DNA of 64,000 nucleotides, taken from contig CAVYFE010000010.1 in assembly GCA_963767695.1 (NCBI GenBank), forward strand, positions 71,872 through 135,871, written 5' to 3'. The notes under the pieces are model-generated. The model ran no database searches. It was not told the origin of the DNA and worked only from the letters and a program-made list of their open reading frames with translations. This DNA comes from an uncultured Solirubrobacterales bacterium. Lineage in GTDB: Bacteria > Actinomycetota > Thermoleophilia > Solirubrobacterales > Solirubrobacteraceae. The position numbers and the translations under genes were made by a program. Below are positions 12,742 through 22,262 of the stretch, piece by piece (positions within the stretch are counted from its first letter, which is position 1; the number at the start of each line of letters is the position of its first letter).

Positions 12742-14120
12742 TCAACAGAGCCGGTCGCCTCCGCCTGCGCTCAGCGATGCACGAAGGCGGTCGACCTGTT
12801 GCTCCGCTTCTTGATCGGTGGCCAGGCGCTCCGATACGCGCTTGCACGCATGTAGGACCGTCGCATGGTTGCGCCCGCCAAACGCGGCGCCGATCGCCGT
12901 CGTCGACGACCTCGGTGAGCTCGCGCACGAGGTGGATCGCCACGTGCCGGGGCCACGCTATGCGCACGGCCCTGCTCGATGACGTGAGCTCCTCGACGGA
13001 GATCCCATAGGCGGCCGCGACCGCAGCCTGAATGCCGTGGACCGACAGCGCGCCCGGGCGCGTGCTGGGGTGGATCTCATCGAGGACCTCGGTCGTGAGG
13101 TAGGAGTCGATCGGATGGCCGGTCAGCGAGTGGTAGGCGACGACCCGAATCAGCGCTCCCTCGAGCGCACGGACGTTATGGGTGATGCGCTCCGCGATCA
13201 CGTCGAGCACGGACGTGTCGGTGAGGGCGACGTGGTCGACCGCTGCACGCTTGCGCAGGATCGCCACGCGCGTCGCGAAGTCGGGGGGGCGAATGTCGGC
13301 CACGAGTCCGGACTCGAACCGCTCGCGCAACCTTGCCTCGACGGCTGAGAGCTGTCGCGGCAGGCGATCGCAGGTCAGCACGAGCTGGCGTCCATCCTCG
13401 TAAAGCGCGTTGAAGGTGTGGAAGAACTCCTCTTCGGTCTTGGCCTTGCTGGCGAGGAACTGGACGTCGTCGATGAGCAGGACGTCGGCGTCGCGATAGG
13501 CCCGCTTGAAGTGGTCGATCGACCGCGAACCGAGCGCGGTGATGAAGTGGTTGGTGAACGCCTCGACGGTGGTGTAGCGGACCGTCGTGCCAGCTCCAAA
13601 CGCCAGCACGTAGTTGCCGATCGCGTGCAGCAGGTGGGTCTTGCCGAGCCCCGGTGGCGCGTGCATGAACAGCGGGTTGTATGCCTGTCCGGGGAGCTCG
13701 GCGACCGCCAGCGCCGCGGCGTGCGCCAACCGGTTGCCGTCGCCGATGATGAACTGGTTGAAGCTGTAGCGCGGGTTGAGAGTTTCGACGACGCTGCGGT
13801 TGCGCGCCGGCGCCGGCGGATGTCCCGGTCGGCCGGGCGACGGAGCAGCTGGCAACCAACGGCTCGAGCTCGACTCGCGCCGGCGTGCCGAGCACGGCCC
13901 GCGCGGAGGTCTCGAGGATCCGTCCGAAGCGCTTTGCCACCCAGGTCTGTGTAGCGGGCGGTGCCTCGAGCACGAGGACCTGGCCATCCCACGCCTTGAT
14001 CGTCAGCGAGGAGAGCCAGATCTCATAGGTGGAGTCGCCGACAGCCCGTCGCAGTTCGGCGCGAATCGCGCGCCAGCCAGGTTCGAGCTCGGGGTGCGCG
14101 GGTTGCGCGGGCAGCACCAA
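12742..14120 (-). CDS. dnaA: Replication initiator DnaA (two apparent frameshifts, ~13830-13860 and ~12900)
   Basis: Domain I (TYEIWLSSL), AAA+ (YNPLF, GLGKTHLL, LLIDDVQF, NVRALEGAL) and domain IV (FGGRNHATVLHACKRV) lie in different frames. Confidence 0.95.
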
Positions 14121-14395
14121 GCGACTCCTCCGGGGAGCATCAACAGACCGTTTTCGCGAGGCCCGAGCACACCGGCCCGGAGGAGGCGAATATACCGCGG
14201 CGTCTCACGGCGCAGGGCGCCGTCATCGGCGCGTTGGTGCAAAGCGCGGGAAAAAAGCGAACTGGTCCGGAACACCAACGGTTGAGTGCTCAATGGTGTG
14301 CCGATCTGGCCCGAGTGCACCCATGGCGAGGGTCCGCCGGAGGGCCGTCTGGCGCTGCGTATACTGACCACTGACCCGCCGAGGGCTTGTGAGCT

Positions 14396-14530
14396 ATGAA
14401 ACGCACCTATCAGCCGAAAAAGCGCAAGCGCGCGCGGACCCATGGTTTCCGCGCCCGGATGCGGACCCGCGCTGGGCGGCTTACGCTGAAGCGCCGTCGC
14501 GCCAAGGGTCGCAAGCGGCTCACGGTGTGA
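14396..14530 (+). CDS. rpmH: 50S ribosomal protein L34
   Basis: [44 protein letters not shown] (44 aa, below ORF-track cutoff). Confidence 0.99.
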   Translation: MKRTYQPKKRKRARTHGFRARMRTRAGRLTLKRRRAKGRKRLTV

Positions 14531-14949
14531 TGGCCGGTCCGGCCGGGGCGCGGCCGCGAGCGGGTCGAGGACGGCTTTCGCGCAGCGCTGACTTCGACCG
14601 CGTGTTTCGCGCGGGCCGCGCACACGCGGGCCCTGAACTGGTCCTGTACGTCTTCCCGCGCGGGGACAGCGACGCCTCCAGACTGGGCCTCTCGGTGTCC
14701 CGGAAGGTGGGGGGTGCGGTGGAGCGAAACCGCGTCAAGCGCCTGCTGCGGGAGGCGTTTGCCCAGGAGAGCACGCGATTGCCGGAGGGCACCGACGCTG
14801 TCGTCGTGGCTCGTCCGGGCGCCGGGGCGCTCGCCGAGCGAGACGGTTTAGCCGGTATCCGCCGCGCTCTGGCCGAGTTGGTGGGGCGGGTCCAGGGGGT
14901 TGGCGAGGCGTCGGCGAACGAGGTTCTGGATCCCGAGCCCGCGCAATGA
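14530..14949 (+). CDS. rnpA: RNase P protein component
   Basis: [37 protein letters not shown]. Confidence 0.96.
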   Translation: MAGPAGARPRAGRGRLSRSADFDRVFRAGRAHAGPELVLYVFPRGDSDASRLGLSVSRKVGGAVERNRVKRLLREAFAQESTRLPEGTDAVVVARPGAGALAERDGLAGIRRALAELVGRVQGVGEASANEVLDPEPAQ

Positions 14950-15206
14950 CCCCGCTGCGATCAGCGGCGATCGCTCCGATCAGGCTCTACCAGCGGCTGC
15001 TCGCCCCGGCGTTCGGAGCGCGCTGCAAGTACTACCCCTCCTGCTCGGAGTACGCCGCGCAGGCGATCGGTAGATTCGGCATACTGCGCGGGCTGATTCT
15101 GGCCGGTTGGCGATTGCTTCGATGTAACCCCTGGAGCCACGGAGGGTTCGATCCAGTCGAGGACCAGCGGCTGTTCAAGTCCCGAGCACCGGCCACGAGC
15201 GCCTGA
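14946..15206 (+). CDS. yidD: Membrane protein insertion efficiency factor
   Basis: [27 protein letters not shown]. Confidence 0.96.
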   Translation: MTPLRSAAIAPIRLYQRLLAPAFGARCKYYPSCSEYAAQAIGRFGILRGLILAGWRLLRCNPWSHGGFDPVEDQRLFKSRAPATSA

Positions 15207-15209
15207 CCC

Positions 15210-16269
15210 ATGTTTATCCCTGCGAACATCTTCCAGCCGCTAATCGACGTGTTCGAGGCGGTCCTGAAGGCGATCCACGGCGTCATCGGGGGGTCCTGGG
15301 GCTGGTCGATCGTGCTGCTGACGATCCTCGTGCGGGCGCTGCTGATCCCACTGACGCTCAAACAGTTTGGCTCGATGCAGAAGCTCCAACGACTGCAGCC
15401 CGAGCTGAAGGCGCTCCAGAACAAGTACAAGGACGACAAGCAGCGCCAGCAGCAGGAGCTGATGAAGTTCTACAAGGAGAACCAGGTCAATCCGCTGGGC
15501 TCCTGCCTTCCGCTCGTCGCGCAGCTGCCGGTCTTCATCTCGCTGTTCTACATGCTGCGCTCGAGCCTTCGCATCGATATCTGCCCGCAGACCCAGCGCG
15601 CGCACCAACACATCGGCCCGACGGTCCCGATCAGCCACGCGCACACGGTCCCCTGCGGCCCGCACAACGGCGCCAACTTCCTGTTCATCCCAGACCTGAC
15701 GAACAAGGCCACGGGCGCGGTGCTGGTCGTGCTGATCGTGCTCTACGTCGGCACGCAACTGGCGTCCAGCTTGATGATGTCGACCCCCACGATGGACAAG
15801 ACGCAGCGCCAGATCATGCTGGTAATGCCGCTGTTCTTCGTCATCTTCATCATCAACTTCCCGGCCGGCGTGATCGTCTACTGGGTCACCACGAACACGT
15901 GGACGATCCTCCAGCAGTACGTCGTTCGAAGACGCATCGGCCCGATCGGGGCGCCCGTCGTCGCGGCTGAGGTCGCGGCCGATGGCGCTGGCCGCGCCAA
16001 ACCTGATCGCGCCCGCGGCCAGGAACCCGCGGCGAACGGGTCCGATGGGGTCCTGGCCGGCGGATTGGGAGCGCTTCTGCGGGGCCGCGTTAACCAAGGA
16101 GCCCAAGCAGCCGAAGGAGACCAACGGGCCGGAGACCAAAGGGCCGAAGGAGACCACAGGGCCGAAGCAGACCAAGGAAAAGGCTGCGGTCGCCGCCCAG
16201 AACCGCCCGCGCGCCGCGCCTCCACCGCCGCCGAGGAAGAAGAAGAAGCGATCCGGCAGGAGGAGGTAG
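15210..16269 (+). CDS. yidC: YidC/Oxa1 insertase (apparent frameshift ~16080 before the charged tail)
   Basis: WGWSIVLLTILVR, QPELKALQNKYKDDKQRQQQE, NPLGSCLP; tail ending PPPPPRKKKKRSGRRR in another frame. Confidence 0.93.
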
Positions 16270-16271
16270 GA

Positions 16272-16736
16272 GTGGAGACGCTGAGCGAGCCTGCGGAGCG
16301 TGTCCGCGAGCTGATGGAGCGGATCGCCACCGAGGCCGGTGTGCGCGCCGAGATCGAGGTGCACGAAGACGACGACGGGGTATCGGCGCGGTTCGTCGGC
16401 GACGATCTGGGATTGCTGATCGGCCACCACGGCCAGACGATTGACGCCATCCAGCATCTCGCCTACCGGTTCGCGTTCCGTGGTGTCGAGGATCGCAAGC
16501 GGGTCGTCGTTGACGCCGCCGGCTACCGAGAGCGCCGCGCCGTGGCGCTCCGGGCCGCAGGAGACCAGGCAGCCGAGACGGCCGTGCGGGATCGTCGGCC
16601 GGTCCCGCTCGAGGCGATGAGCGCCTTAGAACGCAAGGTCGTCCACGAGCACCTCAAGACCCGCCACGACGTGGAGACCTACAGCGAGGGCCAGGAGCCC
16701 GCTCGCAGGTTGGTCGTCGCGCCCCTGGTGCATTGA
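16272..16736 (+). CDS. jag: Jag/EloR RNA-binding protein (KH + R3H)
   Basis: LGLLIGHHGQTIDAIQHL, VVVDAAGYRERR, ERKVVHEHL. Confidence 0.93.
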   Translation: METLSEPAERVRELMERIATEAGVRAEIEVHEDDDGVSARFVGDDLGLLIGHHGQTIDAIQHLAYRFAFRGVEDRKRVVVDAAGYRERRAVALRAAGDQAAETAVRDRRPVPLEAMSALERKVVHEHLKTRHDVETYSEGQEPARRLVVAPLVH

Positions 16737-16744
16737 GCCCGACC

Positions 16745-16771
16745 GTTTCACGTTTTTCCCTACGGTGAAAC
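16745..16771. promoter_or_regulatory. parS-like site split by 13 bp
   Basis: GTTTCAC-gtttttccctacg-GTGAAAC versus canonical GTTTCACGTGAAAC. Confidence 0.5.
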
Positions 16772-16838
16772 AGGCAAGGCTCGGCCGGTATGGGGGCCGC
16801 GCTACAGGCAAGGCTCGGCCGGTATGGGGGCCGCGCTA
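16771..16838 (+). repeat. Perfect 34-bp tandem duplication
   Basis: CAGGCAAGGCTCGGCCGGTATGGGGGCCGCGCTA at 16771-16804 and 16805-16838. Confidence 0.95.
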
Positions 16839-16849
16839 CAACACCCCCT

Positions 16850-17209
16850 GTGTCTCTATCCGAATTCGAGCGGGGGATCGTAGTCGGGCTGCTGATCGGG
16901 GAGGGCTCTTTCGGCGGGGACGGCAAGCAGCCGCAGATCACGCTCAGGATGCACGTCCGCCACGAGGCCCTGTTCAAATGGCTGGTCGAGCGTTTCCCCG
17001 GCACGCGGCTGTACGGGCCCTATCACCACGGCGGCCGGTCCTACTTCCAGTGGATGGCCCGCGGCCGGGTCCTGGTGCACGACGTCCTACCTCTGCTCGA
17101 GGAAGAAGTTCACGCTGGACTCGACGGTTACGCCGCCGAGCGCCTGGCTTCGATGTGTGATCGCTACGCGGGGTTCATCACGCGCGAGCGCGCACGCTCG
17201 ACGGAGTGA
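16850..17209 (+). CDS. Small single-motif LAGLIDADG-like protein
   Basis: 119 aa; FERGIVVGLLIGEGSF followed by a beta-rich segment (QPQITLRM...YFQWMARG). Confidence 0.65.
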   Translation: MSLSEFERGIVVGLLIGEGSFGGDGKQPQITLRMHVRHEALFKWLVERFPGTRLYGPYHHGGRSYFQWMARGRVLVHDVLPLLEEEVHAGLDGYAAERLASMCDRYAGFITRERARSTE

Positions 17210-17212
17210 CGA

Positions 17213-17935
17213 GTGTCGCGCCCGGTCATCGACGCGGTCGCCGGTGAGGTCGCGGCATTGGCGCACCGATACGCGCTATCGGAGGTTGCGGGAAGGCAGC
17301 TGCTGGCGCTCCTCGGGCTCGTCGCGACCCACCCGCTGGCGCCGACGACCGTCCGCGAGCCGCCGGCGATCGTGGCCGACCACCTTGCGGATTCACTGGT
17401 CGCGCTCGAACTTCCCGTGGCCCGCGCCGCCGGCACGATCGCGGACATCGGCTCGGGCGCCGGCTTTCCCGGCCTCCCCCTCGCCATCGCGCTTGAGGGG
17501 ACCTCGGTACACCTGATCGACAGCAGTTCGAGGAAGTGCGCGTTCATCGAGCGGGCGATCGAAACCTGCTCGGTGTCGAATGCCCGCGCTGTCCATGCCC
17601 GTGCCGAAGCCTGGGACGAGGGCCTCGGCGTATTCGACCTGGTGACGGCCCGCGCGCTCGCACCGCTCGCGGTGGTCGCCGAGTATGCCGCGCCGCTGTT
17701 GCGGGTCGGTGGCTCGCTGGTGGCCTGGAGGGGCCGGCGCGATCCCAGCGAAGAGGCCAGCGGAGCGCGAGCCGCCGAGGAGCTGGGGCTCCAGCCGGCT
17801 GATCCGTTGCCGGTCCGGCCGTATCAGTTGGCAGAGCACCGGCATCTACAGCTCATGTTGAAGGTGAGAGAAACCCCTTCTGGGTTCCCCCGCCGGCCTG
17901 GAGCCGCGCGCAAACGGCCGCTCGGCACGGGTTGA
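17213..17935 (+). CDS. rsmG: 16S rRNA m7G527 methyltransferase
   Basis: DHLADSL, ADIGSGAGFPGLPLAI, VTARALA. Confidence 0.95.
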   Translation: MSRPVIDAVAGEVAALAHRYALSEVAGRQLLALLGLVATHPLAPTTVREPPAIVADHLADSLVALELPVARAAGTIADIGSGAGFPGLPLAIALEGTSVHLIDSSSRKCAFIERAIETCSVSNARAVHARAEAWDEGLGVFDLVTARALAPLAVVAEYAAPLLRVGGSLVAWRGRRDPSEEASGARAAEELGLQPADPLPVRPYQLAEHRHLQLMLKVRETPSGFPRRPGAARKRPLGTG

Positions 17936-17996
17936 GGATTCGGCAACCTGGCGGCGCCTGCATCTGACCGGGATCGACGGTAGCTTGGTGGCGACG

Positions 17997-18755
17997 ATGG
18001 GCACCGTGTACGCGATCGCCAACCAGAAGGGCGGCGTCGGCAAGACGACCACGGCCGTGAATCTCGCTGCGTGCGTCGCCGAGGCCGGCTACGAGTCCCT
18101 GCTCGTCGACATCGATCCGCAGTGCAACGCGACGGTCGGTCTCGGCATCGGCAAGGACCTGCCAACCACGGTCTATGACGTGCTCATCGGGTCGGCGGCC
18201 CTGGAGCAAATCGCCGTGCCGAGCGGGATCGACCACCTCTCTGTCGCCCCCGCCGGGCCCGATCTCGCAGGAGCGATGGTCGAGTTGCCGCGCGCCCCGG
18301 GGTCGGAAGCGCGCCTGCGGACCGCGCTCGAGCCCGTCCGCGGCCGATATTCGTTCATCCTGCTCGACTGCCCGCCGTCACTCGGCCCGCTGACGATCAA
18401 CGCACTCGTCGCCGCCGACCGGGTGATCGTGCCCGTCCAGGCGGAGTACTTCGCGCTCGAGGGCCTGGCGGGCCTGCTCGACACGTTGTCGCTGGTCCAG
18501 CGCGAGCTGAACCCGCGGCTTACGGTTGCCGGCATGCTGTTGACGATGCACGATGGCCGCACCCGGCTGGCCCAGGACGTCGAGCGCGAGGTCCGGAAGC
18601 ACTTTCCCGAACTGGTGTTCGATACGGTGATCCCGCGGAACGTGCGGATCGGCGAGGCGCCGAGCTTCGGCAGGCCGGTGACCCACCACGACCCGCACTG
18701 CGCCGGCGCCGACGCGTACTTCGAGCTCGCAAAGGAGGTAGCCGCTCGTGGCTGA
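17997..18755 (+). CDS. parA: ParA/Soj ATPase
   Basis: ANQKGGVGKTTT, DIDPQCNAT, DCPPSLGPLT, IPRNVRIGEAPSFG. Confidence 0.97.
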   Translation: MGTVYAIANQKGGVGKTTTAVNLAACVAEAGYESLLVDIDPQCNATVGLGIGKDLPTTVYDVLIGSAALEQIAVPSGIDHLSVAPAGPDLAGAMVELPRAPGSEARLRTALEPVRGRYSFILLDCPPSLGPLTINALVAADRVIVPVQAEYFALEGLAGLLDTLSLVQRELNPRLTVAGMLLTMHDGRTRLAQDVEREVRKHFPELVFDTVIPRNVRIGEAPSFGRPVTHHDPHCAGADAYFELAKEVAARG

Positions 18756-19625
18756 CCGACAGAAGGGAATGGGCCGAGGGCTTGCAGCGATCCTCTCCGT
18801 GGCCCCCAAGGACGAGTCCGAGGAGCTCCGCCAGCTGCCGCTCGAGCTGATCTCCACGAACCCGAGCCAACCACGGCGCTCCCTGGACGAGCAGACCCTG
18901 CTCTCGCTGGCCGATTCGATTCGAGTCCGAGGCGTGCTGCAGCCGGTGCTGGTGAGGCCGCTCGTGGGCGGCCGCTACGAGCTGATCGCGGGCGAGCGCC
19001 GCTGGCGGGCGGCCGCTATCGCCGAGCTGGAAACGATCCCCGCCGTCGTACGCCGCCACGACGACGCCGCCTCACTCGAGGTGGCGTTGATCGAGAACAT
19101 GGCACGCGAGGACCTGAACCCCGTCGATGAGGCGCGGGCGTGCGCGGCGCTGGTCGAGGAGCTGGGGATGACGCGCGAGGACGTCGGGCTCCGTGTCGGC
19201 CGCAGCCGGGTGGCGGTCTCGAACCTGATTCGCCTACTCGACCTGCCCGACGAGGCGCTCGTCTTGATCGAGCGCGGCGAGCTAACCGAAGGCCACGGCC
19301 GCGCGCTGCTGCTGGCCGAGGACCACGCCGACCGCCGGAAGCTGGCCAAGGACGCGCTCGCGGGTCAGTGGTCGGTGCGCGAGCTCGAGGCGCGCGCCCG
19401 GGCTGTCGGCATCGCTGCGCGGGGGCGAAGCGGCCCCCGCCGCGAGCTTCATCCGGATCAGGCGGCGGCGGTCGAGCAGATCGCCGATGCGCTCGGGGAG
19501 GTGCTCGGGGCCGAGCTCGAGGTCAGCCCGGCCGGCCGCGGCTACCGCGCCCGAGCTGACGTTCCAGCTCGCTCGACGAGGCGCTCGAGATGGCCCGCCG
19601 GCTGCGGGTCCGCGCGGCGGCCTGA
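18748..19625 (+). CDS. parB: ParB/Spo0J (apparent C-terminal frameshift ~19550-19570)
   Basis: GMGRGLAAIL, GVLQPVLVR, IAGERRWRA, IENMAREDLNP; removing two extra C residues restores RAELTFSSLDEALEMARRL. Confidence 0.95.
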
Positions 19626-19742
19626 CCTCGCCGGCCTGGGACGCGGCGGCTCGGCGGGGCGCGGCCGGGACCCCGTCCCAGAGGGCTAGAATCCGTCGCG
19701 GATCGAGCGGGACGGTCGCAAAAGACGCCGCCAATACAGCAT

Positions 19743-19816
<74 letters not shown>

Positions 19817-20430
19817 CTGGGGATACCGTGGAAATGGGCAGGTTTCTGCGCCGCGGGCCAGCGACCTGCGGCTCGGTCGCCGCTATGGAATCGCTTTGGA
19901 AGCCTCGTGCCGGCGGACAGCTCCTGCTATGACGCGAGCCTGAAGGTCTAAATCCTGATTGTGCGAGTTCCCCTCCCACTTCAGTGGACGTAACCCCCCG
20001 GGAGGGGCGCTTGAAGCACGAGAGCGTCCCCCGAACCACCGCAGCCGTCGCCCCTGCAAGCTGTCGGACGAGGCCCTCGGATCGCACTCGGGGACCAGGC
20101 CGTCCGAGTCCGTCACGGCCTCGCGCCAACGGTGGCGAGCGGATCGTCGCGGAGGCGATAGTGGGGTCTGCGACCTCGCGCCGTGTAAAGCGGTCGTGCG
20201 TGGCGACGGTCGGCGGCTGCTGACGCGCGAAGGTGCGACTCTCGGGTCGAGACCCGATCCGGCGGTCGCGCCGGCCCTTGTCGATCGAGCTCACGGAGCC
20301 TGGCATCTATCGGCTCAAGCGCGAGCTTCTCCTCTGGGTGCATCGGATCCGTTTGCGACCGGTCCACCGCTTCAGTCGTGAGCAGCGCTCCGCGATCCTC
20401 CCCGGCCTCACGAAGCGTGGTTCGAGAGGC

Positions 20431-20461
20431 TTGACCTGGAGCGCGCGCAAAGTCGTAGGCT
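20431..20461 (+). promoter_or_regulatory. MerR-type promoter (19-bp spacer with dyad), probably leaderless
   Basis: TTGACC-N19-TAGGCT; imperfect palindrome ACCTGGAGCG|CGCGCAAAGT; ATG 6 nt after the -10 box. Confidence 0.55.
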
Positions 20462-20467
20462 GGGGAG

Positions 20468-21433
20468 ATGCCAACGACAACGCCTCAGCACAAGATCGGA
20501 TCGGGTTTCGGAGCACGCAGCACCGTGCGAGAGGTGCTGCAAGGAATCGACCTAACGGGGAAGGTCGCGATCGTCACCGGCGGTTACTCGGGGCTCGGGC
20601 TCGAGACCACGCACGCGTTGGCTGGCGCCGGCGCGCACGTCGTCGTCCCGGCCCGGCGGCGGGCGACGGCCGAGCAGGCACTTGCAGGATTAGATCGCGT
20701 TGAGGTCGACGAGCTCGACCTGGCCGACCTCGCGAGCGTGCGCGCGTTCGCCGAGCGCTTCCTCGCCTCCGGGCGGAGCGTCGAGGTCGTGATTAACAAC
20801 GCCGGAATCATGGCCTGCCCGGAGACACGCGTCGGCCCGGCGTGGGAGGCGCAGTTCGCGACCAACCACCTCGGTCACTATGCGCTCGTGAACCTGCTGT
20901 GGCCGGCGATCGCGCACGACGCGTCGCGTGTCGTGTCGGTGTCCTCGGCCGGTCACCGTCGCTCCCCGATGCGCTGGGACGATGTGATGTTCGAGCGCGG
21001 GTACGACAAGTGGGAGGCCTACGGCCAGGCGAAGACGGCGAACGTGCTTTTCGCCGTCCAACTCGACGCGCTTGGCCAGGATGCCGGCGTGCGGGCGTTC
21101 TCGCTGCACCCCGGCGGGATCCGGACGCCGTTGCAGCGTCACCTGACGACCGAGGAGATGGTAGCCGCCGGCTGGATTGATGAGCACGGCAACTTGATCG
21201 CTTCAGGGTTCAAGACGCCCGAGCAGGGCGCGGCGACACAGGTTTGGGCGGCCACCTCCCCGCAGCTGGAGGGAATGGGCGGCGTCTACTGCGAGGACTG
21301 CGACATCGCCGAACTTGTGCCGGCGGACGACCCCACGTCCGGCGGCGTGCGCGAGTACGCGATCAACCCCGCCCAGGCCGCGCGCCTGTGGGCGCTGTCT
21401 GCCGAGCTCACCGGCATCGACGCATTCGCTTGA
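20468..21433 (+). CDS. SDR oxidoreductase (retinol-dehydrogenase/WWOX-like)
   Basis: VTGGYSGLG, INNAGIM, QFATNHLGH, YGQAKTAN, SLHPGGI. Confidence 0.92.
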   Translation: MPTTTPQHKIGSGFGARSTVREVLQGIDLTGKVAIVTGGYSGLGLETTHALAGAGAHVVVPARRRATAEQALAGLDRVEVDELDLADLASVRAFAERFLASGRSVEVVINNAGIMACPETRVGPAWEAQFATNHLGHYALVNLLWPAIAHDASRVVSVSSAGHRRSPMRWDDVMFERGYDKWEAYGQAKTANVLFAVQLDALGQDAGVRAFSLHPGGIRTPLQRHLTTEEMVAAGWIDEHGNLIASGFKTPEQGAATQVWAATSPQLEGMGGVYCEDCDIAELVPADDPTSGGVREYAINPAQAARLWALSAELTGIDAFA

Positions 21434-22262
21434 AACAACCAGGATCCGCTCGTCGCGGTAGGTCTCGGCGGCTCGCCGGCCGGCCCGCCGATCTGGCTCC
21501 AGCCGCGGCCTGGCGGGCCGTAGGGATTCGCGAGAGCCGCGTCGTCCCGGCGGGTGCAGAGCTCGAAGAACGCGACGGGGTTCCTCGCGGGCGATCTCGC
21601 CCAGCGCTCGATGGCTCGATGCGATCGCCTGCTCGAAGGTCTCCGCCGCACTCGTAGAGCACCTCAGGCGCCGTTGGCGTCGACCAACAGATCGCAGAAA
21701 GGATTTCCCAGCCAATCTAACCAGGATCGCAGCCGATCCATCGTTCATCCGAGCCGCAACGGACATCTCGCCGTGGCCGTGGTCCGCCCTCAGATGCGCG
21801 GCAACCAGGGCTACTCCCCGGTGCGTGCCCGTACCTCTTCTCCTAGGCGCCACCCAGGCAGGTCGGGGCTAAGGTTCGAGTCCTGGATCGCCCACTCGGC
21901 GTTTGCCCTGTAAATCGCCAGGTTTCTGTGCTGACGGCGGCTGCAGCGGACCGTGCTAACCGGTCACAGGTTCCGTCCGGACGCTACCGCTGACCCGCCG
22001 CTGCTGTCCACGCAGGTGATTTTCAACAGACGCGAGATGACCAGCAGCTCGCGTTTCTCGTCACGGCGCCGTACGCAGGCTAGGCTGGCGTCTAGTGGGT
22101 CCCACCGAAACGTTCCACCGGTTATGGCGGCCCCGGATGACCGCCAGGCTTCCTCCTCGAATCCTCGCGCAGCGCTGCTGCGCGTCGGATGCTGCGTCCG
22201 CGCATTACGGCCCCCGGGTCTCGCCCTTCCCGGCGGCACGTTCCGGCGAGACCCACTAGCGA

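Noticed and set aside
12742-14120. dnaA as a pseudogene or programmed-frameshift gene
   Set aside because: Essential gene with all domains conserved, no slippery-site pattern, and similar indels across many unrelated genes.
15210-16736. 508-aa YidC-Jag fusion in the ORF track
   Set aside because: A single frameshift near 16080 explains it. The natural YidC tail and stop (16269) and a GTG start for jag (16272) exist.
16771-16838. CRISPR array
   Set aside because: Two adjacent identical copies with no spacer, and no cas genes.
21408-21662. Arr-like ADP-ribosyltransferase remnant (LYECGGDLRAGDRIEP)
   Set aside because: Resemblance covers about 15 residues and lacks the conserved His; too weak to call.
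21700-21825. yybP-ykoY riboswitch on the minus strand (GGGGAGTAGCCC at 21808-21819)
   Set aside because: A P2-like stem is present, but I could not find the L3 motif, the closing CGAGACC strand or an intact downstream transporter gene.
21872-21896. Second tRNA gene
   Set aside because: Only the T-arm and acceptor 3' strand are present; no D-arm or anticodon arm.
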